DNA from: Eledone cirrhosa
Lineage: Eukaryota
Length of the DNA: 64,000 nt
Assembly: GCA_964016885.1 (NCBI GenBank)
Contig: OZ024752.1
Location: 21,700,001 to 21,764,000 of the forward strand
Direction: 5' to 3'
Part shown: positions 15,301 through 30,300 of the stretch, one piece after another
How the letters are laid out: every line of letters starts with the position of its first letter
How positions within the stretch are numbered: position 1 is the stretch's first letter
Position numbers and translations under genes: made by a program
The notes under the pieces: generated by a model
The model's database searches: none
What the model was told of the DNA's origin: nothing
What the model saw: only the letters and a program-made list of their open reading frames with translations

Positions 15301-18300
15301 GTATATCTCAGCTGCACCTTATGACATTACTGATGTTTGCCTTTGGTTGGGTGGTATATCTCAGCTGCACCTTATGACATTACTGATGTTTACCTCTGAC
15401 TGGGTGGTATATCTCAGCTGCACCTCATGACATTACAGATGTTTACCTCTGGCTGGGTGGTATATCTCAGCTGCACCTTATGACATTACTGATGTTACCT
15501 CTGGTGGGGTGGTATATCTCAGCTGCACCTTATGACATTACTGATGTTTACCTCTGGTTGGGTGGTATATCTGAGCTGCACCTTATGACATTACTGATGT
15601 TTTTCTCTGGTTGGGTGGTTTATCTCAGCTGCACCTTATGACATTACTGATGTTTACCTCTGGCTGGGTGGTATATCTCAGCTGCACCTTATAACATTAC
15701 TGATGTTTACCTCTGGCTGGGTGGTATATCTCAGCTCCACCTTATGACATTACTGATGTTTACCTTTGGTTGGGTGGTATATCTCAGCTGCACCTTATGA
15801 CATTACTGATGTTTTCCTTTGGTTGGGTGGTATATCTCAGCTGCACCTTATGACATTACTGATGTTTACCTCTGGCTGGGTGGTATATCTCAGCTGCACC
15901 TTATGACATTACTGATGTTTACCTCTGGCTGGGTGGTATATCTCAGCTGCACCTTATGACATTACTGATGTTTACCTCTGGTTGGGTGGTATATCTCAGC
16001 TGCACCTCATGACATTACTGATGTTTACCTCTGGTTGGGTGGTATATCTCAGCTGCACCTTATGACATTACTGATGTTTAGCTCTTTTTGGGTGGTATAT
16101 CTCAGCTGCACCTTATGACATTACTGATGTTTACCTCTGGCTGGGTGGTATATCTCAGCTGCACCTTATGACATTACTGATGTTTACCTCTGGCTGCGTG
16201 GTATATCTCAGCTGCACCTCATTACATTACAGATGTTTACCTCTGGCTGGGTGGTATATCTCAGCTGCACCTTATGACATTACCGATGTTTACCTCTGGC
16301 TGGGTGGTATATCTCAGCTGCACCTCATGACATTACTGATGTTTACCTTTGGTTGGGTGGTATATCTCAGCTGCACCTTATGACATTACTGATGTTTACC
16401 TCTGGCTGTGTGGTATATCTCAGATGCACCTTATGACATTACTGATGTTTACCTTTGGTTGGGTGGTATATCTCAGCTGCACCTTATGACATTACTGATG
16501 TTTACCTCTGGTTGGGTGGTATATCTCAGCTGCACCTTATGACATTACTGATGTTTACCTCTGACTGGGTGGTATATCTCAGCTGCACCTCATGACACTA
16601 CTGAATTTTACCTTTGGTTGGGTGGTATATCTCAGCTGCACCTTATGACTTTACTGGTGTTTACCTCTGGTTGGGTGGTATATCTCAGCTGCACCTTATG
16701 ACATTACTGATGTTTGCCTTTGGTTGGGTGGTAAATCTCAGCTGCACCTTATGACATTACTGATGTTTACTTCTGGTTGGGGGGTATATCTCAGCTGCAC
16801 CTCATGACATTACTGATGTTTACCTCTGGTTGGGTGGTATATCTCAGCTGCACCTTATGACATTACTGATGTTTACCTCTGACTGGGTGGTATATCTCAG
16901 CTGCACCTTATGACATTTCTGATGTTTACCTTTGGTTGGGTGGTATATCTAAGCTGCACCTTATGACATTACTGATGTTTACCTCTGGCTGGATGGTATA
17001 TCTCAGCTGCACCTTATGACAGTCCTGATGTTTACCTCTGGCTGGGTGGTATATCTCAGCTGCACCTCATGACATTACTGATGTTTACCTCTGACTGGGT
17101 GGTATATCTCAGCTGCACCTTATGACATTACTGATGTTTACCTCTGACTGGGTGTTATATCTCATCTGCACCTCATTACATTACAGATGTTTACCTCTGG
17201 TTGGGTGGTATATCTCAGCTGAACCTTATGACATTACTGATGTTTACCTTTGGTTGGGTGGTATATCTCAGCTGCACCTCATGACATTACTGATGTTTAC
17301 CTTTGGTTGGGTGGTATATCTCCGCTGCACCTTTTGACATTACTGATGTTACCTCTGGTTGGGTGGTATATCTCAGCTGCACCTTATGACATTACTGATG
17401 TTTACCTCTGACTGGGTGGTATATCTCAGCTGCACCTCATGACATTACTGATGTTTACCTCTGGCTGGGTGGTATATCTCAGCTGCACCTTATGACATTA
17501 CTGATGTTACCTCTGGTTGGGTGGTATATCTCAGCTGCACCTTATGACATTACTGATGTTTACCTCTGGTTGGGTGGTTTATCTCAGCTGCACCTTATGA
17601 CATTACTGATGTTTACCTCTGGCTGGGTGGTATATCTCAGCTGCACCTTATAACATTACTGATGTTTACCTCTGGCTGGGTGGTATATCTCAGCTGCACC
17701 TTATGACATTACTGATGTTTACCTTTGGTTGGGTGGTATATCTCAGCTGCACCTTATGACATTACTGATGTTTACCTTTGGTTGGGTGGTATATCTCAGC
17801 TGCACCTTATGACATTACTGATGTTTACCTCTGACTGGGTGGCATATCTCAGCTGCACCTTATGACATTACTGATGTTTACCTTTGGTTGGGTGGTATAT
17901 CTAAGCTGCACCTTATGACATTACTGATGTTTACCTCTGGCTGGGTGGTATATCTCAGCTGCACCTCATGACATTACTGATGTTTACCTCTGGTTGGGTG
18001 GTATATCTCAGCTGCACCTTATGACATTACTGATGTTTGCCTTTGGTTGGGTGGTATATCTCAGCTGCACCTTATGACATTACTGATGTTTACCTCTGAC
18101 TGGGTGGTATATCTCAGCTGCACCTCATGACATTACAGATGTTTACCTCTGGCTGGGTGGTATATCTCAGCTGCACCTTATGACATTACTGATGTTACCT
18201 CTGGTTGGGTGGTATATCTCAGCTGCACCTTATGACATTACTGATGTTTACCTCTGGTTGGGTGGTATATCTCAGCTGCACCTTATGACATTACTGATGT

Positions 18301-21300
18301 TTTTCTCTGGTTGGGTGGTTTATCTCAGCTGCACCTTATGATATTACTGATGTTTACCTCTGGCTGGGTGGTATATCTCAGCTGCACCTTATAACATTAC
18401 TGATGTTTACCTCTGGCTGGGTGGTATATCTCAGCTCCACCTTATGACATTACTGATGTTTACCTTTGGTTGGGTGGTATATCTCAGCTGCACCTTATGA
18501 CATTACTGATGTTTTCCTTTGGTTGGGTGGTATATCTCAGCTGCACCTTATGACATTACTGATGTTTACCTCTGACTGGGTGGCATATCTCAGCTGCACC
18601 TTATGACATTACTGATGTTTACCTTTGGTTGGGTGGTATATCTAAGCTGCACCTTATGACATTACTGATGTTTACCTCTGGCTGGGTGGTATATCTCAGC
18701 TGCACCTCATGACATTACTGATCTTTACCTCTGGTTGGGTGGTATATCTCAGCTGCACCTTATGACATTACTGATGTTTGCCTTTGGTTGGGTGGTATAT
18801 CTCAGCTGAACCTTATGACATTACTGATGTTTACCTCTGGTTGGGTGGTATATCTCAGCTGCACCTCATGACATTACTGATGTTTACCTCTGGTTGGGTG
18901 GTATATCTCAGCTGCACCTTATGACATTACTGATGTTTACCGCTGGTTGGGAGGTATATCTCAGCTGCACCTTATGACATTACTGATGTTTACCTCTGAC
19001 TGGGTGGTATATCTCAGCTGCACCTCATTACATTACAGATGTTTACCTCTGGTTGGGTGGTATATCTCAGCTGAACCTTATGACATTACTGATGTTTACC
19101 TCTGGTTGGGTGGTATATCTCAGCTGCACCTCATTACGTTACTGATGTTTACCTTTGGTTGGGTGGTATATCTCAGCTGCACCTTATGACATTACTGATA
19201 TTACCTCTGGTTGGGTGGTATATCTCAGCTGCACCTTATGACATTACTGATGTTTACCTCTGACTGGGTGGTATATCTCAGCTGCACCTCATGGCATTAC
19301 TGATGTTTACCTCTGGCTGGATGGTATATCTCAGCTGCACCTTATGACATTACTGATGTTACCTCTGGTTGGGTGGTATATCTCAGCTGCACCTTATGAC
19401 AATACTGATGTTTACCTCTGGTTGGGTGGTATATCTCAGCTGCACCTTATGACAATACTGATGTTTACCTCTGGTTGGGTGGTATATCTCAGCTGCACCT
19501 TATGACATTACTGATGTTTACCTCTGGCTGGGTGGTATATCTCAGCTGCACCTTATGACATTACTGATGTTTACCTTTGGTTGGGTGGTATATCTCAGCT
19601 GCACCTTATGACATTACTGATGTTTACCTTTGGTTGGGTGGTATATCTCAGCTGCACCTTATGACATTACTGATGTTTACCTTTGGTTGGGTGGTATATC
19701 TTAGCTGTACCTTATGACATTTCTGATGTTTGCCTCTGGTTGGGTGGTATATCTCTTCTGCACCTTATTACATTGCAGATGTTTACCTCTGGCTGGGTGG
19801 TATATCTCAGCTGCACCTCAAGACGTTACTGATGTTTATCTCTGGCTGGGTGGTATATCTCAGCTGCACCTCATGACATTACTGATGTTTACCTTTGGTT
19901 GGGTGGTATATCTCAGCTGCACCTTATGACATTACTGATGTTTACCTCTGGTTGGGTGGTATATCTCAGCTGCACCTTATTACATTACTGATGTTTACCT
20001 CTGGTTGGGTGGTATATCTCAGCTGCACCTTATGACCTTACTGATGTTTACCTCTGGTTGGGTGGTATATCTCAGCTGCACCTTATGACATTACTGATGT
20101 TTACCTCTGGCTGGGTGGTATATCTCAGCTGCACCTTATGACATTACTGATGTTTACCTCTGGCTGGGTGGTATATCTCAGCTGCACCTCATTACATTAC
20201 AGATGTTTACCTCTGGCTGGGTGGTATATCTCAGCTGCACCTTATGACATTACTGATGTTTACCTCTGGCTGGGTGGTATATCTCAGCTGCACCTCATGA
20301 CATTACTGATGTTTACCTTTGGTTGGGTGGTATATCTCAGCTGCACCTTATGACATTACTGATGTTTACCTCTGGCTGGGTGGTATATCTCAGCTGCACC
20401 TCATGACATTACTGATGTTTACCTCTGCTTGGGTGGTATATCTCAGCTGCACCTCAAGACGTTACTGATGTTTACCTCTGGCTGGGTGGTATATCTCAGC
20501 TGCACCTCATGACATTACTGATGTTTACCTCTGGTTGGGTGGTATATCTCAGCTGCACCTTATGACATTACTGATGTTTACCTCTGGTTGGGTGGTATAT
20601 CTCAGCTGCACCTTATTACATTACAGATGTTTACCTCTGGATGGGTGGTATATCTCAGCTGCACCTCAAGACGTTACTGATGTTTACCTCTGGCTGGGTG
20701 GTTTATCTCAGATGCACCTTATGACATTACTGATGTTTACCTCTGGCTGGGTGGTATATCTCAGCTGCACCTTATAACATTACTGATGTTTACCTCTGGC
20801 TGGGTGGTATATCTCAGCTGCACCTTATGACATTACTGATGTTTACCTCTGACTGGGTGGCATATCTCAGCTGCACCTTATGACATTACTGATGTTTACC
20901 TTTGGTTGGGTGGTATATCTAAGCTGCACCTTATGACATTACTGATGTTTACCTCTGGCTGGGTGGTATATCTCAGCTGCACCTCATGACATTACTGATC
21001 TTTACCTCTGGTTGGGTGGTATATCTCAGCTGCACCTTATGACATTACTGATGTTTGCCTTTGGTTGGGTGGTATATCTCAGCTGCACCTTATGACATTA
21101 CTGATGTTTACCTCTGACTGGGTGGTATATCTCAGCTGCACCTCATGACATTACTGATGTTTACCTCTGGCTGGGTGGTATATCTCAGCTGCACCTTATG
21201 ACATTACTGATGTTACCTCTGGTTGGGTGGTATATCTCAGCTGCACCTTATGACATTACTGATGTTTACCTCTGGTTGGGTGGTTTATCTCAGCTGCACC

Positions 21301-24300
21301 TTATGACATTACTGATGTTTACCTCTGGCTGGGTGGTATATCTCAGCTGCACCTTATAACATTACTGATGTTTACCTCTGGCTGGGTGGTATATCTCAGC
21401 TGCACCTTATGACATTACTGATGTTTACCTTTGGTTGGGTGGTATATCTTAGCTGCACCTTATGACATTACTGATGTTTACCTTTGGTTGGGTGGTATAT
21501 CTCAGCTGCACCTTATGACATTACTGATGTTTACCTCTGACTGGGTGGCATATCTCAGCTGCACCTTATGACATTACTGATGTTTACCTTTGGTTGGGTG
21601 GTATATCTAAGCTGCACCTTATGACATTACTGATGTTTACCTCTGGCTGGGTGGTATATCTCAGCTGCACCTCATGACATTACTGATGTTTACCTCTGGT
21701 TGGGTGGTATATCTCAGCTGCACCTTATGACATTACTGATGTTTGCCTTTGGTTGGGTGGTATATCTCAGCTGCACCTTATGACATTACTGATGTTTACC
21801 TCTGACTGGGTGGTATATCTCAGCTGCACCTCATGACATTACAGATGTTTACCTCTGGCTGGGTGGTATATCTCAGCTGCACCTTATGACATTACTGATG
21901 TTACCTCTGGTTGGGTGGTATATCTCAGCTGCACCTTATGACATTACTGATGTTTACCTCTGGTTGGGTGGTATATCTCAGCTGCACCTTATGACATTAC
22001 TGATGTTTTTCTCTGGTTGGGTGGTTTATCTCAGCTGCACCTTATGATATTACTGATGTTTACCTCTGGCTGGGTGGTATATCTCAGCTGCACCTTATAA
22101 CATTACTGATGTTTACCTCTGGCTGGGTGGTATATCTCAGCTCCACCTTATGACATTACTGATGTTTACCTTTGGTTGGGTGGTATATCTCAGCTGCAAC
22201 TTATGACATTACTGATGTTTTCCTTTGGTTGGGTGGTATATCTCAGCTGCACCTTATGACATTACTGATGTTTACCTCTGACTGGGTGGCATATCTCAGC
22301 TGCACCTTATGACATTACTGATGTTTACCTTTGGTTGGGTGGTATATCTAAGCTGCACCTTATGACATTACTGATGTTTACCTCTGGCTGGGTGGTATAT
22401 CTCAGCTGCACCTCATGACATTACTGATCTTTACCTCTGGTTGGGTGGTATATCTCAGCTGCACCTTATGACATTACTGATGTTTGCCTTTGGTTGGGTG
22501 GTATATCTCAGCTGAACCTTATGACATTACTGATGTTTACCTCTGGTTGGGTGGTATATCTCAGCTGCACCTCATGACATTACTGATGTTTACCTCTGGT
22601 TGGGTGGTATATCTCAGCTGCACCTTATGACATTACTGATGTTTACCGCTGGTTGGGAGGTATATCTCAGCTGCACCTTATGACATTACTGATGTTTACC
22701 TCTGACTGGGTGGTATATCTCAGCTGCACCTCATTACATTACAGATGTTTACCTCTGGTTGGGTGGTATATCTCAGCTGAACCTTATGACATTACTGATG
22801 TTTACCTCTGGTTGGGTGGTATATCTCAGCTGCACCTCATTACGTTACTGATGTTTACCTTTGGTTGGGTGGTATATCTCAGCTGCACCTTATGACATTA
22901 CTGATATTACCTCTGGTTGGGTGGTATATCTCAGCTGCACCTTATGACATTACTGATGTTTACCTCTGACTGGGTGGTATATCTCAGCTGCACCTCATGG
23001 CATTACTGATGTTTACCTCTGGCTGGATGGTATATCTCAGCTGCACCTTATGACATTACTGATGTTACCTCTGGTTGGGTGGTATATCTCAGCTGCACCT
23101 TATGACAATACTGATGTTTACCTCTGGTTGGGTGGTATATCTCAGCTGCACCTTATGACAATACTGATGTTTACCTCTGGTTGGGTGGTATATCTCAGCT
23201 GCACCTTATGACATTACTGATGTTTACCTCTGGCTGGGTGGTATATCTCAGCTGCACCTTATGACATTACTGATGTTTACCTTTGGTTGGGTGGTATATC
23301 TCAGCTGCACCTTATGACATTACTGATGTTTACCTTTGGTTGGGTGGTATATCTCAGCTGCACCTTATGACATTACTGATGTTTACCTTTGGTTGGGTGG
23401 TATATCTTAGCTGTACCTTATGACATTTCTGATGTTTGCCTCTGGTTGGGTGGTATATCTCATCTGCACCTTATTACATTGCAGATGTTTACCTCTGGCT
23501 GGGTGGTATATCTCAGCTGCACCTCAAGACGTTACTGATGTTTATCTCTGGCTGGGTGGTATATCTCAGCTGCACCTCATGACATTACTGATGTTTACCT
23601 TTGGTTGGGTGGTATATCTCAGCTGCACCTTATGACATTACTGATGTTTACCTCTGGTTGGGTGGTATATCTCAGCTGCACCTTATTACATTACTGATGT
23701 TTACCTCTGGTTGGGTGGTATATCTCAGCTGCACCTTATGACCTTACTGATGTTTACCTCTGGTTGGGTGGTATATCTCAGCTGCACCTTATGACATTAC
23801 TGATGTTTACCTCTGGCTGGGTGGTATATCTCAGCTGCACCTTATGACATTACTGATGTTTACCTCTGGCTGGGTGGTATATCTCAGCTGCACCTCATTA
23901 CATTACAGATGTTTACCTCTGGCTGGGTGGTATATCTCAGCTGCACCTTATGACATTACTGATGTTTACCTCTGGCTGGGTGGTATATCTCAGCTGCACC
24001 TCATGACATTACTGATGTTTACCTTTGGTTGGGTGGTATATCTCAGCTGCACCTTATGACATTACTGATGTTTACCTCTGGCTGGGTGGTATATCTCAGC
24101 TGCACCTCATGACATTACTGATGTTTACCTCTGCTTGGGTGGTATATCTCAGCTGCACCTCAAGACGTTACTGATGTTTACCTCTGGCTGGGTGGTATAT
24201 CTCAGCTGCACCTCATGACATTACTGATGTTTACCTCTGGTTGGGTGGTATATCTCAGCTGCACCTTATGACATTACTGATGTTTACCTCTGGTTGGGTG

Positions 24301-27300
24301 GTATATCTCAGCTGCACCTTATTACATTACAGATGTTTACCTCTGGCTGGGTGGTATATCTCAGCTGCACCTCAAGACGTTACTGATGTTTACCTCTGGC
24401 TGGGTGGTTTATCTCAGCTGCACCTTATGACATTACTGATGTTTACCTCTGGCTGGGTGGTATATCTCAGCTGCACCTTATAACATTACTGATGTTTACC
24501 TCTGGCTGGGTGGTATATCTCAGCTGCACCTTATGACATTACTGATGTTTTCCTTTGGTTGGGTGGTATATCTCAGCTGCACCTTATGACATTACTGATG
24601 TTTACCTCTGACTGGGTGGCATATCTCAGCTGCACCTTATGACATTACTGATGTTTACCTTTGGTTGGGTGGTATATCTAAGCTGCACCTTATGACATTA
24701 CTGATGTTTACCTCTGGCTGGGTGGTATATCTCAGCTGCACCTCATGACATTACTGATCTTTACCTCTGGTTGGGTGGTATATCTCAGCTGCACCTTATG
24801 ACATTACTGATGTTTGCCTTTGGTTGGGTGGTATATCTCAGCTGAACCTTATGACATTACTGATGTTTACCTCTGGTTGGGTGGTATATCTCAGCTGCAC
24901 CTCATGACATTACTGATGTTTACCTCTGGTTGGGTGGTATATCTCAGCTGCACCTTATGACATTACTGATGTTTACCGCTGGTTGGGTGGTATATCTCAG
25001 CTGCACCTTATGACATTACTGATGTTTACCTCTGACTGGGTGGTATATCTCAGCTGCACCTCATTACATTACAGATGTTTACCTCTGGTTGGGTGGTATA
25101 TCTCAGCTGAACCTTATGACATTACTGATGTTTACCTCTGGTTGGGTGGTATATCTCAGCTGCACCTCATTACGTTACTGATGTTTACCTTTGGTTGGGT
25201 GGTATATCTCAGCTGCACCTTATGACATTACTGATATTACCTCTGGTTGGGTGGTATATCTCAGCTGCACCTCATGACATTACTGATGTTTACCTCTGGC
25301 TGGATGGTATATCTCAGCTGCACCTTATGTCATTACTGATGTTACCTCTGGTTGGGTGGTATATCTCAGCTGCACCTTATGACAATACTGATGTTTACCT
25401 CTGGTTGGGTGGTATATCTCAGCTGCACCTTATGACAATACTGATGTTTACCTCTGGTTGGGTGGTATATCTCAGCTGCACCTTATGACATTACTGATGT
25501 TTACCTCTGGCTGGGTGGTATATCTCAGCTGCACCTTATGACATTACTGATGTTTACCTTTGGTTGGGTGGTATATCTCAGCTGCACCTTATGACATTAC
25601 TGATGTTTACCTTTGGTTGGGTGGTATATCTCAGCTGCACCTTATGACATTACTGATGTTTACCTTTGGTTGGGTGGTATATCTCAGCTGTACCTTATGA
25701 CATTTCTGATGTTTGCCTCTGGTTGGGTGGTATATCTCAGCTGCACGTTATTACATTGCAGATGTTTACCTCTGGCTGGGTGGTATATCTCAGCTGCACC
25801 TTATTACATTACTGATGTTTACCTCTGGTTGGGTGGTATATCTCAGCTGCACCTTATGACCTTACTGATGTTTACCTCTGGTTGGGTGGTATATCTCAGC
25901 TGCACCTTATGACATTACTGATGTTTACCTCTGGCTGGGTGGTATATCTCAGCTGCACCTTATGACATTACTGATGTTTACCTCTGGCTGGGTGGTATAT
26001 CTCAGCTGCACCTCATTACATTACAGATGTTTACCTCTGGCTGGGTGGTATATCTCAGCTGCACCTTATGACATTACTGATGTTTACCTCTGGCTGGGTG
26101 GTATATCTCAGCTGCACCTCATGACATTACTGATGTTTACCTTTGGTTGGGTGGTATATCTCAGCTGCACCTTATGACATTACTGATGTTTACCTCTGGC
26201 TGGGTGGTATATCTCAGCTGCACCTCATGACATTACTGATGTTTACCTCTGCTTGGGTGGTATATCTCAGCTGCACCTCAAGACGTTACTGATGTTTACC
26301 TCTGGCTGGGTGGTATATCTCAGCTGCACCTCATGACATTACTGATGTTTACCTCTGGTTGGGTGGTATATCTCAGCTGCACCTTATGACATTACTGATG
26401 TTTACCTCTGGTTGGGTGGTATATCTCAGCTGCACCTTATTACATTACAGATGTTTACCTCTGGCTGGGTGGTATATCTCAGCTGCACCTCAAGATGTTA
26501 CTGATGTTTACCTCTGGCTGGGTGGTATATCTCAGCTGCACCTTATGACATTACTGATGTTTACCTCTGGTTGGGTGGTATATCTCAGCTGCACCTTATT
26601 ACATTGCAGATGTTTACCTCTGGCTGGGTGGTATATCTCAGCTGCACCTCAAGACGTTACTGATGTTTACCTCTGGCTGGGAGGTATATCTCAGCTGCAC
26701 CTCATGACATTACTGACGTTTACCTCTGGCTGGGTGGTATATCTCAGCTGCACCTCATTACATTACAGATGTTTACCTCTGGTTGGGTGGTATATCTCAG
26801 CTGAATCTTATGACATTACTGATGTTTACCTATGGTTGGGTGGTATATCTCAGCTGCACCTCATGACGTTACTGATGTTTACCTTTGGTTGGGTGGTATA
26901 TCTCAGCTGCACCTTATGACATTACTGATATTACCTCTGGTTGGGTGGTATATCTCAGCTGCACCTTATGACATTACTGATGTTTACCTCTGACTGGGTG
27001 GTATATCTCAGCTGCACCTCATGACATTACTGATGTTTACCTCTGGCTGGGTGGTATATCTCAGCTGCACCTTATGACATTACTGATGTTACCTCTGGTT
27101 GGGTGGTATATCTCAGCTGCATCTTATGACAATACTGATGTTTACCTCTGGTTGGGTGGTATATCTCAGCTGCACCTTATGACAATACTGATGTTTACCT
27201 CTGGTTGGGTGGTATATCTCAGCTGCACCTTATGACATTACTGATGTTTACCTCTGGCTGGGTGGTATATCTCAGCTGCACCTTATGACATTACTTATGT

Positions 27301-30300
27301 TTACCTTTGGTTGGGTGGTATATCTCAGCTGCACCTTATGACATTACTGATGTTTACCTTTGGTTGGGTGGTATATCTCAGCTGGACCTTATGACATTTC
27401 TGATGTTTACCTCTGTTTGGGTGGTATATCTCAGCTGCACCTTATTACATTACTGATCTTTACCCCTGGTTGGGTGGTATATCTCAGCTGCACCTTATGA
27501 CATTACTGATGTTTACCTCTGGCTAGGTGGTATATCTCAGCTGCACCTTATGACATTACTGATGTTTACCTCTGGCTGGGTGGTACATCTCAGCTGCACC
27601 TCATTACATTACAGATGTTTACCTCTGGCTGGGTGGTATATCTCAGCTGCACCTTATGACATTACTGATGTTTACCTCTGGCTGGGTGGTATATCTCAGC
27701 TGCACCTCATGACATTACTGACGTTTACCTTTGGTTGGGTGGTATATCTCAGCTGCACCTTATGACATTACTGATGTTTACCTCTGGCTGGGTGGTATAT
27801 CTCAACTGCACCTTATGACATTACTGATGTTTACCTTTGGTTGGGTGGTATATCTCAGCTGCACCTTATGACATTACTGATGTTTACCTCTGGTTGGGTG
27901 GTATATCTCAGCTGCACCTTATGACATTACTGATGTTTACCTCTGGCTGGGTGGTATATCTCAACTGCACCTTATGACATTACTGATGTTTACCTTTGGT
28001 TGGGTGGTATATCTCAGCTGCACCTTATGACATTACTGATGTTTACCTCTGGTTGGGTGGTATATCTCAGCTGCACCTTGTGACATTACTGATGTTTAGC
28101 TTTGGTTGGGTGGTATATCTAAGCTGCACCTTATGACATTACTGATGTTTACCTCTGACTGGGTGGTATATCTCAGCTGCACCTTATGACATTACTGAAG
28201 TTTACCTTTGGTTGGGTGGTATATCTAAGCTGCACCTTATGACATTACTGATGTTTACCTCTGGCTGGGTGGTATATCTCAGCTGCACCTCATGACGTTA
28301 CTGATGTTTACCTCTGGCTGGGTGGTATATCTCAGCTGCACCTTATGACATTACTGATGTTTACCTTTGGTTGGGTGGTATATCTCAGCTGCATATTATG
28401 ACATTACTGATGTTTACCTTTGGTTGGGTGGTATATCTCAGCTGCATATTATGACATTACTGATGTTTACCTCTGGCTGGCTGGTATATCTCAGCTGCAT
28501 CTCAAGACGTTACTGATGTTTACCTCTGGCTGGGTGGTATATCTCAGCTGCACCTCATGATATTACTGATGTTTACCTCTGGTTGGGTGGTATATCTCAG
28601 CTGCACCTTATGACATTACTGATGTTTACCTCTGACTGGGTGGTGTATCTCAGCTGCACCTTATGACATTACTGATGTTTACCTCTGGTTGGGTGGTATA
28701 TCTCAGCTGCACCTTATGACATTACTGATGTTTACCTCTGACTGGGTGGTATATCGCAGCTGCACCTCATGACATTACTGATGTTTACCTTTGGTTGGGT
28801 GGTATATCTCAGCTGCACCTTATGACATTACTGATGTTTACCTCTGGCTGGGTGGTGTATCTCAGCTGCACCTTATGACATTACTGATGTTTACCTCTGA
28901 CTGGGTGGTATATCTCAGCTGCACCTCATGACATTACTGATGTTTACCTCTGGCTGGGTGGTATATCTCAGCTGCACCTTATGACATTACTGATGTTACC
29001 TCTGGTTGGGTGGTATATCTCAGCTGCATCTTATGACAATACTGATGTTTACCTCTGGTTGGGTGGTATATCTCAGCTGCACCTTATGACAATACTGATG
29101 TTTACCTCTGGTTGGGTGGTATATCTCAGCTGCACCTTATGACATTACTGATGTTTACCTCTGGCTGGGTGGTATATCTCAGCTGCACCTTATGACATTA
29201 CTTATGTTTACCTTTGGTTGGGTGGTATATCTCAGCTGCACCTTATGACATTACTGATGTTTACCTTTGGTTGGGTGGTATATCTCAGCTGGACCTTATG
29301 ACATTTCTGATGTTTACCTCTGTTTGGGTGGTATATCTCAGCTGCACCTTATTACATTACTGATCTTTACCCCTGGTTGGGTGGTATATCTCAGCTGCAC
29401 CTTATGACATTACTGATGTTTACCTCTGGCTAGGTGGTATATCTCAGCTGCACCTTATGACATTACTGATGTTTACCTCTGGCTGGGTGGTACATCTCAG
29501 CTGCACCTCATTACATTACAGATGTTTACCTCTGGCTGGGTGGTATATCTCAGCTGCACCTTATGACATTACTGATGTTTACCTCTGGCTGGGTGGTATA
29601 TCTCAGCTGCACCTCATGACATTACTGACGTTTACCTTTGGTTGGGTGGTATATCTCAGCTGCACCTTATGACATTACTGATGTTTACCTCTGGCTGGGT
29701 GGTATATCTCAACTGCACCTTATGACATTACTGATGTTTACCTTTGGTTGGGTGGTATATCTCAGCTGCACCTTATGACATTACTGATGTTTACCTCTGG
29801 TTGGGTGGTATATCTCAGCTGCACCTTATGACATTACTGATGTTTACCTCTGGCTGGGTGGTATATCTCAACTGCACCTTATGACATTACTGATGTTTAC
29901 CTTTGGTTGGGTGGTATATCTCAGCTGCACCTTATGACATTACTGATGTTTACCTCTGGTTGGGTGGTATATCTCAGCTGCACCTTGTGACATTACTGAT
30001 GTTTAGCTTTGGTTGGGTGGTATATCTAAGCTGCACCTTATGACATTACTGATGTTTACCTCTGACTGGGTGGTATATCTCAGCTGCACCTTATGACATT
30101 ACTGAAGTTTACCTTTGGTTGGGTGGTATATCTAAGCTGCACCTTATGACATTACTGATGTTTACCTCTGGCTGGGTGGTATATCTCAGCTGCACCTCAT
30201 GACGTTACTGATGTTTACCTCTGGCTGGGTGGTATATCTCAGCTGCACCTTATGACATTACTGATGTTTACCTTTGGTTGGGTGGTATATCTCAGCTGCA